A DNA stretch of 64,000 nt from Candidatus Zixiibacteriota bacterium (GTDB lineage: Bacteria > Zixibacteria > MSB-5A5 > GN15 > FEB-12). Below are positions 35,926-45,425 of the stretch, in pieces. The notes under the pieces were generated by a model, which did not search any database, was not told the DNA's origin, and saw only the letters and a list, made by a program, of their open reading frames with translations. Numbering within the stretch: the first letter of the stretch is position 1; each line of letters opens with the position of its first letter. The translations under genes and the position numbers were made by a program. The stretch covers positions 26,906 through 90,905 of the forward strand of contig JAWXAN010000070.1 of NCBI GenBank assembly GCA_034439475.1, read 5' to 3'.

Positions 35926-37791
35926 TTATTTGTTCTCCATCTGAGCCCTGAGCAATTCTCTCTCGGCTTGTTCAGCATCGAGCCGGGTGCGCAGAACCTT
36001 TAGTTCTAATTCACGAAGGTCAACTTTGTAAAAGTCATCTATCTTAACCGTCGTGATACTGTCGGTAGCAGAGGGCCAGTTGACATGCTCTCCCATCAGT
36101 ACAAAATCAGCGCTACCGCGTCCGACAAAGCTCGCGACCGATCCATACGAGCTTGGAATATACAGGGCCGTTATACGTGGGGCCTGGATATTCGTAATTG
36201 CGTTTGAACCATTCATCGGGTGGGCCAAACCTTCGAATGCGAACGTGTAATTACCGGCTTCCTTATAAAAAATTTGCTCTGAACCGACATACATATAATG
36301 TCTGCGAGACGGGGCGTCGTTGTCGCCATTTCCGATTAGTCGAGACTGCGGACCCAACGCACCTGTGCTGGGCTCAGACCCGACTTGGACGTACGCCTGA
36401 TTGCGCTGACTGGTTCCATATATCTCGAGATAAGCTTCACCCCGAACAAGGACATACCCGGCGGCTGGCAACACTATGGTTACACTCGTCAAGGCTTGTG
36501 TGGCAGTCGAACGCTGTGTCAAGGTGACTGTTGAGGAAACAACATTTGAAGCCAATCCTGGTTCATCGAGAATTTCAGGAGACGCTATCGCGTCATCAGG
36601 AAGGTTTACCGAGCCGTCGCCTCCCTCGCCAACAACATCCAATAAGCCAGTTGGATTATCCGTACCTATTCCGACACCGCCTCGAGCGCGGACGATGAAT
36701 TGATCTTCACCGGTAGTCGAAAAGTCCTCGTCAAGTTGGTCTGCCCAGACAAAGGACCCATTATGCAGAGCTTTGGCGCGATAGCCGGCCGCAAGGGAAT
36801 GGTCGCCATTTGCTTCGTTATTGTTACCGCCCGGGACTGTTGCATACGCGCCATCGGCCCCATTTTCAAATCCTCCGCTGATTGTAGAGTACAGTCCATC
36901 GGCTGAGTTGTGGGCGCCGCCGCCAATTGTTGCTCCTTCGGCTGTGGCCGAATTACTATAGCCACCGCCAACTACTGAGATCGTTCCCGACGCTGCATTT
37001 CCAGAACCGCCGCTGATTGTCGAAGAGTCGCCATCGCCAGCATTCTCAAAGCCAAATACGGTTGTGTTATTGCCATCGGTGCTGTTTTGACCCATGGTAA
37101 TCTGCCCGATACCCGTAATGTCTCCGCCAGGAGAAACTACAAACGTTGTATCCTGCTCTGTTTCACCAAAAAAGGTCATTGACCCATCGCGAATTTCGAT
37201 GCTTCTGGTCAATCCGGTGGCTCCACTGCGGGCACGTGAATCTACTGGTTCATAAATACCAAGTATCGGCGAACCAGTTCCTGAAAATCCGATCAGTATT
37301 CTCCCTACTTCGGCTACACTCTGATTCGTCGGTTCCCCTGCCGTGAAAAAGGATGGTCCCGACGGCGTGATTGATAGGCCGCCGATAATATTGCCTCCGG
37401 TTGTGTTATCAATAGTAGCAACCCGAAGAGCATATCCGCTCGATGTCAACCGTGTGCGAGGCAAAATTGTCTCGCCACCCACGCTGATCTCAAGATAGCG
37501 CTCTGTGCCTCTGAAAACCGAATCAACCAAGGGGACAAGTGAGCCAAGGACGACATTGAAAAGTCCGTCCATGACAAGCACGCCCGTATGCGGCTCAGAC
37601 CATTTCGCCGCACCGCCAGTTGGCGCGTCATAAATGGAAAATGTGATATCATACTGGCTGTTTGGTACTGGCGCGCCTGAGAGCTCAAGCCGGCCTTGAT
37701 AGCTCATAAGCGTCGGCGCTTCGGCGTGACCGCTCTGCGCTACAATCAGCGCGAGAGTGAGAGTGAAGAGAATCTTTCGCAATCTGTTCAC
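35926..37791 (-). CDS. Secreted adhesin/tail-fibre-like repeat protein with C-terminal coiled coil
   Basis: 621 aa with a signal peptide. The N-terminal MSYQGRLELSGAPVP...ITFSIYDAPTGGAAKWSE...V.V.DGLFNVVLGS resembles tail-fibre-domain proteins. The central part carries G-rich beta-helix repeats (ISGGSGNAASGTISVVGGGYSNSATAEGATIGGGAHNSADG...). The protein ends in LELKVLRTRLDAEQAERELLRAQMENK. Confidence 0.6.
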   Translation of the reverse strand: MNRLRKILFTLTLALIVAQSGHAEAPTLMSYQGRLELSGAPVPNSQYDITFSIYDAPTGGAAKWSEPHTGVLVMDGLFNVVLGSLVPLVDSVFRGTERYLEISVGGETILPRTRLTSSGYALRVATIDNTTGGNIIGGLSITPSGPSFFTAGEPTNQSVAEVGRILIGFSGTGSPILGIYEPVDSRARSGATGLTRSIEIRDGSMTFFGETEQDTTFVVSPGGDITGIGQITMGQNSTDGNNTTVFGFENAGDGDSSTISGGSGNAASGTISVVGGGYSNSATAEGATIGGGAHNSADGLYSTISGGFENGADGAYATVPGGNNNEANGDHSLAAGYRAKALHNGSFVWADQLDEDFSTTGEDQFIVRARGGVGIGTDNPTGLLDVVGEGGDGSVNLPDDAIASPEILDEPGLASNVVSSTVTLTQRSTATQALTSVTIVLPAAGYVLVRGEAYLEIYGTSQRNQAYVQVGSEPSTGALGPQSRLIGNGDNDAPSRRHYMYVGSEQIFYKEAGNYTFAFEGLAHPMNGSNAITNIQAPRITALYIPSSYGSVASFVGRGSADFVLMGEHVNWPSATDSITTVKIDDFYKVDLRELELKVLRTRLDAEQAERELLRAQMENK

Positions 37792-38156
37792 ATTTCCTTC
37801 CTGTTCTATTGGCAGCCCACTGCCTCAAAAAAGTTAGCTTGCCATTATCGTCTGCCTGCTCTCAACGTAACTGAAGCGGCCTTCATTAATGCCGCATCGC
37901 TCAGAGAAAGGCTACTTTTCTGTAGATTGCCTCAGGAAGAAATAAGCTTCAGAATGTTCGTCAACCTAAGTCAATCCAGGATACGTCCCCACGATAGAAA
38001 TTCGAAAGTGTACCCTTCTAATGCCATAAAATCGCCTTTTTTTCAAAAATGTCAAGAGTAAATTGCGAGTGATTCGCATAAAAATGCGTTCAGGATGTAA
38101 TGGATGAGTAGTTTCGTATTTCAATCCGAGGCTGACTTGGCTATCCTACCTGTACC

Positions 38157-39338
38157 ATGCTTCTTAAACGACTCGGAATCTCCAAGAATGTCTTCGTCCT
38201 CGGATGGGTCAGCTTTTTTAATGACATCGCATCCGAAATGATTTACCCCCTCATTCCCATATTTTTAACAACAACTCTGGGCGCGCCGGTAAGTGTTGTC
38301 GGGCTGATCGAAGGGATAGCCGAAGCCATATCCAGCATTCTCAAAATAATTTCGGGCAGGGTGTCCGACAGAGTCAGGCTCCGAAAGCCCTTTGTTACAA
38401 TTGGTTATCTGCTCAGTTCTGTCTCCAAAGCGTTGCTCGGCGCAGCAACCGGGTGGCCGCTCGTGTTGGCGGCTCGCTTTACAGATAGATTTGGCAAAGG
38501 TATTCGGACCTCGGCTCGCGACGCCCTCATTGCCGAAAGCTCTGAATTATATTCCATTGGCCGCTCATTTGGCTTTCATCGCGCTCTTGACACCCTTGGC
38601 GCAGTCATCGGCCCGCTGATCGGTTTGGCCATCCTCAGCGCGGTTCAAGGCAGCTATTCAATTGTGTTCCTTCTCTCGGCCATCCCCGGTTTGGTCGGTG
38701 TCGCGCTTTTGATTTCCTATGTGAAGGAAACGCGAACTATTAAGGCGGCCAGCCCATTGCCGAAATTCCAATGGAAGACCCTCAGTCCCTCGTATAAAAT
38801 ATTCTTGCTGATTATTATTATCTTTTCACTCGGTAACAGCTCCGATGCCTTTTTGATCCTTCGCGCCCAGCAGATGGGGATGTCCACAACAAACATCGTC
38901 TTACTCTATACGCTCTTCAATTTAGTCTACGCCCTCGGCTCAATTCCCGCCGGGATTCTGAGCGATCGCTTTGGCTCAAAGCGTATTCTGAATGCCGGGT
39001 TTTTTCTCTTTGCTTTGGTCTATGCCGCTTTTGGACTGATAACTGAAAGCGCATTACTCTGGCTTCTCTTCCCGCTCTACGGTCTCTATATGGCATTGAC
39101 TGAGGGAGTGAGCAAAGCCTTTATCGCATCCCTTATTCCGCGCGAACAAAGCGGAACTGCTTTTGGTATCTTTCAGACGGCAATTGGTCTTTCCAGTTTG
39201 GTCGCGTCCGTTGTGGCGGGGATTCTGTGGACCGAAATCTCAGTCCCTGCACCGTTTCTTCTCGGCTCTGCCACAGCTCTTTTGGCGGCTTTGCTCTTTT
39301 TTTGGCTTATGAGAGCCCGTGCGATTACAGTAGATTGA
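38157..39338 (+). CDS. MFS transporter
   Basis: 393 aa with about 12 TM segments and the MFS loop motif SGRVSDRVRLRKP between TM2 and TM3. Confidence 0.85.
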   Translation: MLLKRLGISKNVFVLGWVSFFNDIASEMIYPLIPIFLTTTLGAPVSVVGLIEGIAEAISSILKIISGRVSDRVRLRKPFVTIGYLLSSVSKALLGAATGWPLVLAARFTDRFGKGIRTSARDALIAESSELYSIGRSFGFHRALDTLGAVIGPLIGLAILSAVQGSYSIVFLLSAIPGLVGVALLISYVKETRTIKAASPLPKFQWKTLSPSYKIFLLIIIIFSLGNSSDAFLILRAQQMGMSTTNIVLLYTLFNLVYALGSIPAGILSDRFGSKRILNAGFFLFALVYAAFGLITESALLWLLFPLYGLYMALTEGVSKAFIASLIPREQSGTAFGIFQTAIGLSSLVASVVAGILWTEISVPAPFLLGSATALLAALLFFWLMRARAITVD

Positions 39339-39389
39339 TCATGTGGAACTCTATTCGCATGACGCAAGACAAATAAGAAAAGGAAATCG

Positions 39390-39761
39390 ATGAAGAAACA
39401 AGTGATATTAAAGTTTGAGCATCGCGGTCAGGACCTGCTTGCTAAGCATGTTTACCTTCGGAGGCTCACGGCCACTGTGTTTTTCTCCGCAGTGATACTG
39501 CTCCTCTGGCTTCTCGTTGGAATGTTTGGTTATCATTGGTTCGCTGATTTGTCTTGGATCGATGCATTTCTCAATGCATCAATGATAATGAGCGGCATGG
39601 GGCCGGTTGACACCATTCACCCTGCGGCCGCAAAGGCATTTGCCGGTTTCTATGCCATCTTGAGTGGAGTCATTTTCCTGGGAGTCTTTGGTCTGCTGGC
39701 CGCCCCTATCATTCATCGATTCCTTCATCGCTTCCACATCGATGAGAACAATCGCACATAA
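39390..39761 (+). CDS. Small 2-TM ion-channel-like protein (K-channel pore fold with non-canonical filter SGMGPVD)
   Basis: TM1, then SWIDAFLNASMIMSGMGPVDTIHPAAAKAFAGFYAILSGVIFLG. This aligns with the K-channel pore-helix, filter and inner-helix pattern F.DA.YFS..T.TTVGYGD..P.T..GK.F...Y...G. Confidence 0.55.
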   Translation: MKKQVILKFEHRGQDLLAKHVYLRRLTATVFFSAVILLLWLLVGMFGYHWFADLSWIDAFLNASMIMSGMGPVDTIHPAAAKAFAGFYAILSGVIFLGVFGLLAAPIIHRFLHRFHIDENNRT

Positions 39762-39799
39762 GCTCGTATAATCCTCTTGAGCTTTATTTCAAAGGGTGC

Positions 39800-40085
39800 C
39801 TACTCCCGATCTCTGTGGTGTCGGGCGGGGCGCCCGACACCACGTGTCCCGTCGTTGCGAGTCCGCCGCAGGCGGACTGACCTACTAATTGGATAGAGAG
39901 CTATTTTAGCCGTCTTAAAGCTCGATACGAACAGCACCGTGGACTTGCTGTTCATCATCGTACAAACTACTTGGCATGGTACTTCAAACTCTGACCGAAA
40001 CGAATCAAGAACCCACACATTTTGATCATAATGCCCATTGCGACGAGTCCCGCTTCCTTAGCGGGACGAGGTGGCAATCTCATAT
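39800..40085. repeat. Mosaic intergenic hairpin-repeat cluster 5
   Basis: Contains the hairpin GTGGTGTCGGGC-gggg-GCCCGACACCAC (39815-39843), an inverted TAGGTCAG unit (39877-39890) and CCCATTGCGACG-hairpin-GTGGCAATCTCAT (40034-40083). Confidence 0.8.
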
Positions 40086-40102
40086 TCCGCGTCGGTTTAA
40101 TT

Positions 40103-41626
40103 TTATCTTAACAAGACCATCTTGCGCGAGGCAATCGATTCACCGGTCTTTAACTGATACAAGTACATTCCCGAGCCCACCTGTTCGCCGCGGTTGTTAC
40201 GTCCGTCCCAGATCACTGAATGCCTTCCGGCAGACTGTCTTTCGTCTACCAGTTGACGTACTCTCTGCCCAAGAATATTCAGAACATCCAATTGAACAGT
40301 AGTTGGCTGGGAGAGGTCATATTCAATTCTCGTTTCCGGATTGAATGGATTTGGATAATTTTGATCGAGCGTAAAGGAAGCCGGCAGCGGCGCTTGTTCT
40401 CTCTCTGCATCAACAACAGACTCAAAAGTATAAAGATAGAGAGTATCTCCGCCGATGCCTGCCAAAAGAAGCTGTTTCTCTGGCGTCTGTCGTTCGACAA
40501 AACGCGGTGAGCGAATACAGTGATCGAGATAGTGGCTACCTGTGAGCCGACCGCTTTCCCACTGCATCACAACCACCTTGTCGCATCCGTGCATACCGAC
40601 CAGACACGATTCCGGTTCATATTTTTCCATGAATTTCTGCCCGGTGAGTGGTGTAAACCATTTCTCTTCAATTATATCACGAGAATAGCTGTAACAAATA
40701 GCGTACCTTCCAGCATTCGCGTGGTTGCCTAACCAGTCAACGCCTGAGCCGTGATAAATAATTTCATGATAATTATCGCTTGGATCAAAATTACCAGAAA
40801 AGATTGGACCCCATTTAGAGCCATGTAGCCATTTTTTTCCGATAGCGGAGCCGTTCCTATTTGCGAGGGTCAATAGGCTCCCGGCACCATATAACACATT
40901 GGGATCATCGTAAGACTCCCTAAAATCGTGCCCGTAAACGTCCCATCGGTATCCCCATATTTCCTGCGTGCTGTCATCGGAGAAGTTGCCGCTCACATTG
41001 TTGGTCATGTTCCACTGGGCTTGAACAGTATCGAGGTAAGATGTAAATTCAGTTGTCAGAGTCCATGTGTACCACCACGGCCCTTGAGTGAGCTCATAAC
41101 ACTCGAAGTAATGTGAAAAACCCAAAGTAATGCTGTACGAGCCATCAGGCTTGGAATTAAACCGTATATGGTTTTCCAAGGTTTTTCCTGACATGCAGTG
41201 ACCGGAGTAATTAGTTTTCCAGACCTGAGAAATACGCACTGTATCGTCTGTTATACGCAACATCAGCACACCGGGAAATCTCAACGATTCCTGATTTTCG
41301 TTCATTATATAGACCGCATAAATCACCAACGTATCGCGGTTGTCTGAGTAGCGATGAATAATTTTCCCCGGATGATGCGCCAGCGAAATCTCGCGCTTTA
41401 CACCGCCAGCTCCGTCAAATACCGTGATTTTCTTGTTAGCCGAGTCAGATAAAATAAATCCGCTAATTTCCCCCATGTCACTTTGAAGAATATCAATATA
41501 CTGAACACTGTCGATTCTATGAAGATGTTTTGAGAACAAGAGTTGTGGCGGCTCAAGAGCAAACGCATCGAATGCGACTGTGGACAATATGAGCGTGAGC
41601 AGTGCTGCTAAATTAGCTTTTCTCAT
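40103..41626 (-). CDS. Secreted protein with T9SS-type C-terminal sorting domain
   Basis: The signal peptide is MRKANLAALLTLILSTVAFDAFA. The C-terminal approximately 80 aa (LDQNYPNPFNPETRIEYDLSQPTTVQLDVLNILGQRVRQLVDE...GMYLYQLKTGESIASRKMVLLR) form the Por-secretion sorting-domain pattern. The ORF track extends to 41668. Confidence 0.8.
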   Translation of the reverse strand: MRKANLAALLTLILSTVAFDAFALEPPQLLFSKHLHRIDSVQYIDILQSDMGEISGFILSDSANKKITVFDGAGGVKREISLAHHPGKIIHRYSDNRDTLVIYAVYIMNENQESLRFPGVLMLRITDDTVRISQVWKTNYSGHCMSGKTLENHIRFNSKPDGSYSITLGFSHYFECYELTQGPWWYTWTLTTEFTSYLDTVQAQWNMTNNVSGNFSDDSTQEIWGYRWDVYGHDFRESYDDPNVLYGAGSLLTLANRNGSAIGKKWLHGSKWGPIFSGNFDPSDNYHEIIYHGSGVDWLGNHANAGRYAICYSYSRDIIEEKWFTPLTGQKFMEKYEPESCLVGMHGCDKVVVMQWESGRLTGSHYLDHCIRSPRFVERQTPEKQLLLAGIGGDTLYLYTFESVVDAEREQAPLPASFTLDQNYPNPFNPETRIEYDLSQPTTVQLDVLNILGQRVRQLVDERQSAGRHSVIWDGRNNRGEQVGSGMYLYQLKTGESIASRKMVLLR

Positions 41627-41933
41627 GATACCCTCGCTTGAATCTTCGGCACTTATGCTCCGACCCAATGATTAGTATATTTTCTTCGCTACTCTGTGCC
41701 TCTTTCATTGTACACACACCTCATCCGACAGGAGGCACTTTCAATATAATTAACCGACAGAAATTAACCAGCGAATAATGAACCCACATCCCCAATATAC
41801 CGCTTCGATATCGGGCCACTCCCCACCATTGGACATCTTCTCAAACCCTGCTGGCGGTGTTTCGGCAGGCTATGCTTGCGCCTGCGATTTTTGCGAGAGT
41901 GACGGGGGGGATTCTTAAGGCAGAAGATTTCTT

Positions 41934-44594
41934 CTACCGGCTGAGATCTTTTTCCCAATTGAGAGTTATCACAAAAGTCGCCTCTTGCTGATTGCCATCT
42001 GGAACATTAATGATAAATCGCTGGCCGTCTCTTGAAACATCGTAGCGATACATAAGACCGATTCCTTTCGTATTATATCTCCGGTTAAAGAGCTTCTGCG
42101 GCGCACCAATGGTAATTTTATCTCCATCGATGGAAACCGGAACTGCCATAAAATCCCATTCCGGTGTGACATAATATAGTTCCTTGCCGTCTGCTCGGAA
42201 TTTTGGGGCAAATCCCTCAGAGGTTGAAACCTGCCATTTGCCGCTCGTGCCAGATGAATTCCGAATGTATATTTGGCTTGTTCCGGATTCGTCACTTTGA
42301 TACGCGACAAACCGTCCGTTAGGCGTAAATGAACCGCGACGTTCCTGAAATTCCTTGTTCGTAGAAATTTCTTGAATTTTGCTCGTATCCTCAAGATTGA
42401 GGATGAAAATATTCCATTGGTCGGTCCACTTGTTAAAGAGCAAGAATTTCCCATCGCGCGAAGCCTCTGCCGCAGTACAGAAAGATTCTCCTGAGGCGAG
42501 TATACTTCGGGGATCGCCCGACCCGTCTGACCTTAGTGAGAAAATCTGTCCGGATCCACCGGCGTCGGAGGTGTAAAAAATCGACTCATTGTCGAATGAC
42601 CATGCTGGGTGGAATTCGTTACCGCCGGAGAAAGTTAATTTTGAGGAAATATTTCGGGGAATATCGTGAACCCAAATGCTCACATCAAAATCGTCCCCAC
42701 GCTCGTACACGCCATAAACCAATTTTTGATCGTCGAACGAAAGATCCACGTCGCCATAGTAATCGCTCCCGCCAATTCTACTCAGTTCTTTGCCTCCACG
42801 GTCGAACCAAATAAGGTTGGATTTAGAATTGCCGCTTCCTTGTTGGTAGGCGAGTGTGCCGTTTTGTGATACCGAGAATAGTCCCACAAGCTCTTCGACC
42901 GCTATATTGTCAGTGATCGCTGTTGCGTCGCCCACGAATTCTAAAACATCCTCGTCAAACTTCTGCATCACCAAAACACCGTCTCGAATGAAGATTACAT
43001 GACCTGACGAAGTAAATTCTACGCGAGAGCCGACATCGAAGAAAGACTTATCTGCCGTGCCGTCTACTGCGCCCAGTTTGAGCATATTCGCACGAGAAGC
43101 GGCCGCACCCGTGTCAATAAAGGCGATATAAAAAAAGTGATTTCCATCGGGCAGAAAGGTAGGCCAGGCGTGAAATTTCTCTCCTTGAGCACGGTTTATT
43201 TTTGTTGCCCCTATTACTGCGCCGCCAGCTGCTGGCAACATCTGAATTGAATCAAAAGTCGACGCGTCAAAGATTACGACCCCATTCGTTCCCCAACTGC
43301 CGTCGCCGCCTCTCACCTGTACCACTTTTTGGGCAGGTCCTCCACTCACAAGGATTTTCTTAAATCCTTCTTGGCTGAAAAACCCGATAGACCGACTGTC
43401 CGGAGACCAGAACGGACGTTCCGCAATCTCGGTCCCGGGAAGTTTGTATGCTTGTAGCGCGTTCAGGGGACGAACCCATATACTTCTACTGCCGGATGAA
43501 TCAGAACCCAAAAAAGAGAGCATTTTGCCGTCTGGTGAAAGTTTCGGACTACCGATCGATTCAAATTCCGGCATGGAAAGTGTAAATCGTGTAACTTCTA
43601 CTTCTTCTTTCGGTTGGAAGAAGTATAGAGATGTAAAAACAACAGCCGTAATTATGCCGAGTGCCGCGACAATATTCGACATCCTGAATTGAAATCTTCT
43701 CTTCGAGGAAACTGAAAATGGTATTCCCGCCTGTGAACCAGATTGTGAAATCCAGCGAAGCTCATCGGTGAGGTCGCGAGCCGACTGCCATCTGTAGTGC
43801 GGGTCTTTTAAAAGACATTTTTTGACTACTCTATCGAGCGCGGGCGGGGTGAGAGGTTTAATTTCGGAAATCGACCTCGGTTCTCGCTCAATAATTGCGG
43901 CAATGAGACTCGCTTGGCTTTTTCCCTCGAACGGCCTGTTTCCCGTTATCATTTCATAGAGCAGTGCGCCAAAAGCAAAAATATCAGAGCGGGCATCGGC
44001 TTCACCCCCCTCGAGCTGTTCCGGCGACATATAGTTGAGCGTCCCCATAATTGCACCGGTACCCGTGAGCGGAGTCGACTGAGTCATGGCCGTGAGCGAT
44101 TGGACAGCGCCCCCTTGCACGGTTATCTTTGCGAGCCCGAAATCGAGAAGCTTTGCGCCTTCACGAGTGAGAATGACATTGCCTGGTTTTAGGTCCCGGT
44201 GAATCAGTCCGCGCTCGTGAGCGGCGCTTAGCGCCGTGCCAATCTGAATTGCATAGTTCAGGACATCTTCGGTTGAGAGTGATGTCCTCTTGAGGCGCTC
44301 GGAAAGCGTTTCCCCTTCGAGATACTCCATGACAAAAAACGAAGTGCCATTTTCAAATCCGACATCATAGAGCGTGCAGATATTCGGATGGTTCAAGCTG
44401 GAGACAATTTTGGCTTCGCGTTCGAAACGGGCGCGAAGATCCTTGTCATGCGCCATGCGCTCCGGAAGGATTTTGAGAGCGACAATTCGGTCGAGCCGCG
44501 TATCCTTGGCTTTATAGACTTCGCCCATGCCGCCTGCGCCAATAGCAGATTCAATTATATATGGCCCGAGCTGTTGGCCTATTGTGAGAGACAT
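41934..44594 (-). CDS. Ser/Thr protein kinase with TM segment and C-terminal TolB-like (PD40/WD40-like) beta-propeller
   Basis: Kinase motifs are present: GAGGMGEVYKA, VALKIL, HRDLKPGNVIL, DFGLAK and SPEQ. Repeated FSPDGK, WSPDSR, FLPDGN and FTPNGR propeller blades follow. Confidence 0.9.
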   Translation of the reverse strand: MSLTIGQQLGPYIIESAIGAGGMGEVYKAKDTRLDRIVALKILPERMAHDKDLRARFEREAKIVSSLNHPNICTLYDVGFENGTSFFVMEYLEGETLSERLKRTSLSTEDVLNYAIQIGTALSAAHERGLIHRDLKPGNVILTREGAKLLDFGLAKITVQGGAVQSLTAMTQSTPLTGTGAIMGTLNYMSPEQLEGGEADARSDIFAFGALLYEMITGNRPFEGKSQASLIAAIIEREPRSISEIKPLTPPALDRVVKKCLLKDPHYRWQSARDLTDELRWISQSGSQAGIPFSVSSKRRFQFRMSNIVAALGIITAVVFTSLYFFQPKEEVEVTRFTLSMPEFESIGSPKLSPDGKMLSFLGSDSSGSRSIWVRPLNALQAYKLPGTEIAERPFWSPDSRSIGFFSQEGFKKILVSGGPAQKVVQVRGGDGSWGTNGVVIFDASTFDSIQMLPAAGGAVIGATKINRAQGEKFHAWPTFLPDGNHFFYIAFIDTGAAASRANMLKLGAVDGTADKSFFDVGSRVEFTSSGHVIFIRDGVLVMQKFDEDVLEFVGDATAITDNIAVEELVGLFSVSQNGTLAYQQGSGNSKSNLIWFDRGGKELSRIGGSDYYGDVDLSFDDQKLVYGVYERGDDFDVSIWVHDIPRNISSKLTFSGGNEFHPAWSFDNESIFYTSDAGGSGQIFSLRSDGSGDPRSILASGESFCTAAEASRDGKFLLFNKWTDQWNIFILNLEDTSKIQEISTNKEFQERRGSFTPNGRFVAYQSDESGTSQIYIRNSSGTSGKWQVSTSEGFAPKFRADGKELYYVTPEWDFMAVPVSIDGDKITIGAPQKLFNRRYNTKGIGLMYRYDVSRDGQRFIINVPDGNQQEATFVITLNWEKDLSR

Positions 44595-44832
44595 TTCTTT
44601 CCTACCTTAATTTATCGTATCCGCGTGTTGTTCAATATAATCGATTCTCATGCTAAGATTCATAATTGAGTGGCCGGACAGCAAGGAGAAATTCGGACAG
44701 ACCAAAGAATGCTTTTAGATCAACTGGGCACCCCAAACTTATATTTGTCTTAGCCCCGCTATGATCGTATGATATTATCAAATGAGAAGGCGGCAGAATC
44801 TGTATCACAACCACCCCCCCGAATCATAAACC

Positions 44833-45099
44833 ATGCCAACATCGACAAAGCCAATCAAACTCTACATCCTTCGCTGTCGCGACAATAGTCTCTACACCGG
44901 AATTACAACCGATATCGACGAACGGCTTCGTGCCCACAACACCGGCAAAGGAGCAAAATACACTCGCGCACGTTTGCCTGTCAATTTGGTCTACACAGAA
45001 CAGTGCGGTTCGCGATCACTTGCGCTCAAAAGAGAATGGCAGATCAAACGCTGGAACAAACAGAAAAAAGAGGCCTTCGTAAAAGCCTCATCTCAATAA
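44833..45099 (+). CDS. GIY-YIG nuclease family protein (UPF0213/YhbQ-like), copy L
   Basis: 88 aa. KLYILRCRDNSLYTGITTDIDERLRAHNTGKGAKYTRARLPVNLVYTE...ALKREWQIKRW matches the GIY...YTG...R..H...Y core. Confidence 0.9.
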   Translation: MPTSTKPIKLYILRCRDNSLYTGITTDIDERLRAHNTGKGAKYTRARLPVNLVYTEQCGSRSLALKREWQIKRWNKQKKEAFVKASSQ

Positions 45100-45425
45100 A
45101 TTATCAAAGCCGGATAGCCGCGTTAATATCGCTCATCCAACCGCCACATTTCTCTTTTAAGAAATAGTCCCGACAGGTTGGGCTCTTGTTCGGTCATTTC
45201 TCTGTCGATATATGTATTATGAATGGAACGACTCTTCTCATCGGTCTCATCACCGGATCGGTTGGCTCGGGATTCTTTATCTATGGCAAAAAGCAACGCA
45301 AATGGCTGCCGATGCTTTCTGGAGTCCTGCTATGTATCGCGCCCTATTTTGTCGAGAATCTGACACTGCTTGTGGGCCTGTCTATAGTTCTCTGCGCGGT
45401 CCCTTTTGTTATCAAGGGTGATTGA
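44845..45425 (+). repeat. Left arm of diverged inverted duplication (GIY-YIG + small membrane gene)
   Basis: It aligns with the reverse complement of about 61684-62380, at roughly 80-90 percent nt identity by eye. Homology starts a few codons into the GIY-YIG ORF and ends exactly at the membrane-gene stop codon. Confidence 0.85.
45219..45425 (+). CDS. 68-aa hydrophobic membrane protein, copy L
   Basis: MNGTTLLIGLITGSVGSGFFIYGKKQRKWLPMLSGVLLCIAPYFVENLTLLVGLSIVLCAVPFVIKGD has two or three TM segments. It is conserved as a second copy at 61684-61890. The ORF-track start at 45186 is not conserved in copy R. Confidence 0.7.
   Translation: MNGTTLLIGLITGSVGSGFFIYGKKQRKWLPMLSGVLLCIAPYFVENLTLLVGLSIVLCAVPFVIKGD

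Noticed and set aside
15094-40085. Possibility that the repeat clusters are CRISPR arrays
   Set aside because: The arrays lack a single direct repeat at regular spacing. Modules differ in sequence, order and orientation, and no cas genes are present.
44814-44820. C7 tract upstream of the left GIY-YIG start and G7 tract at 41901-41907
   Set aside because: Both are short intergenic homopolymers with no clear link to a promoter spacer or coding frame, so they are not compelling phase-variation sites, unlike the coding G9 at 25305.
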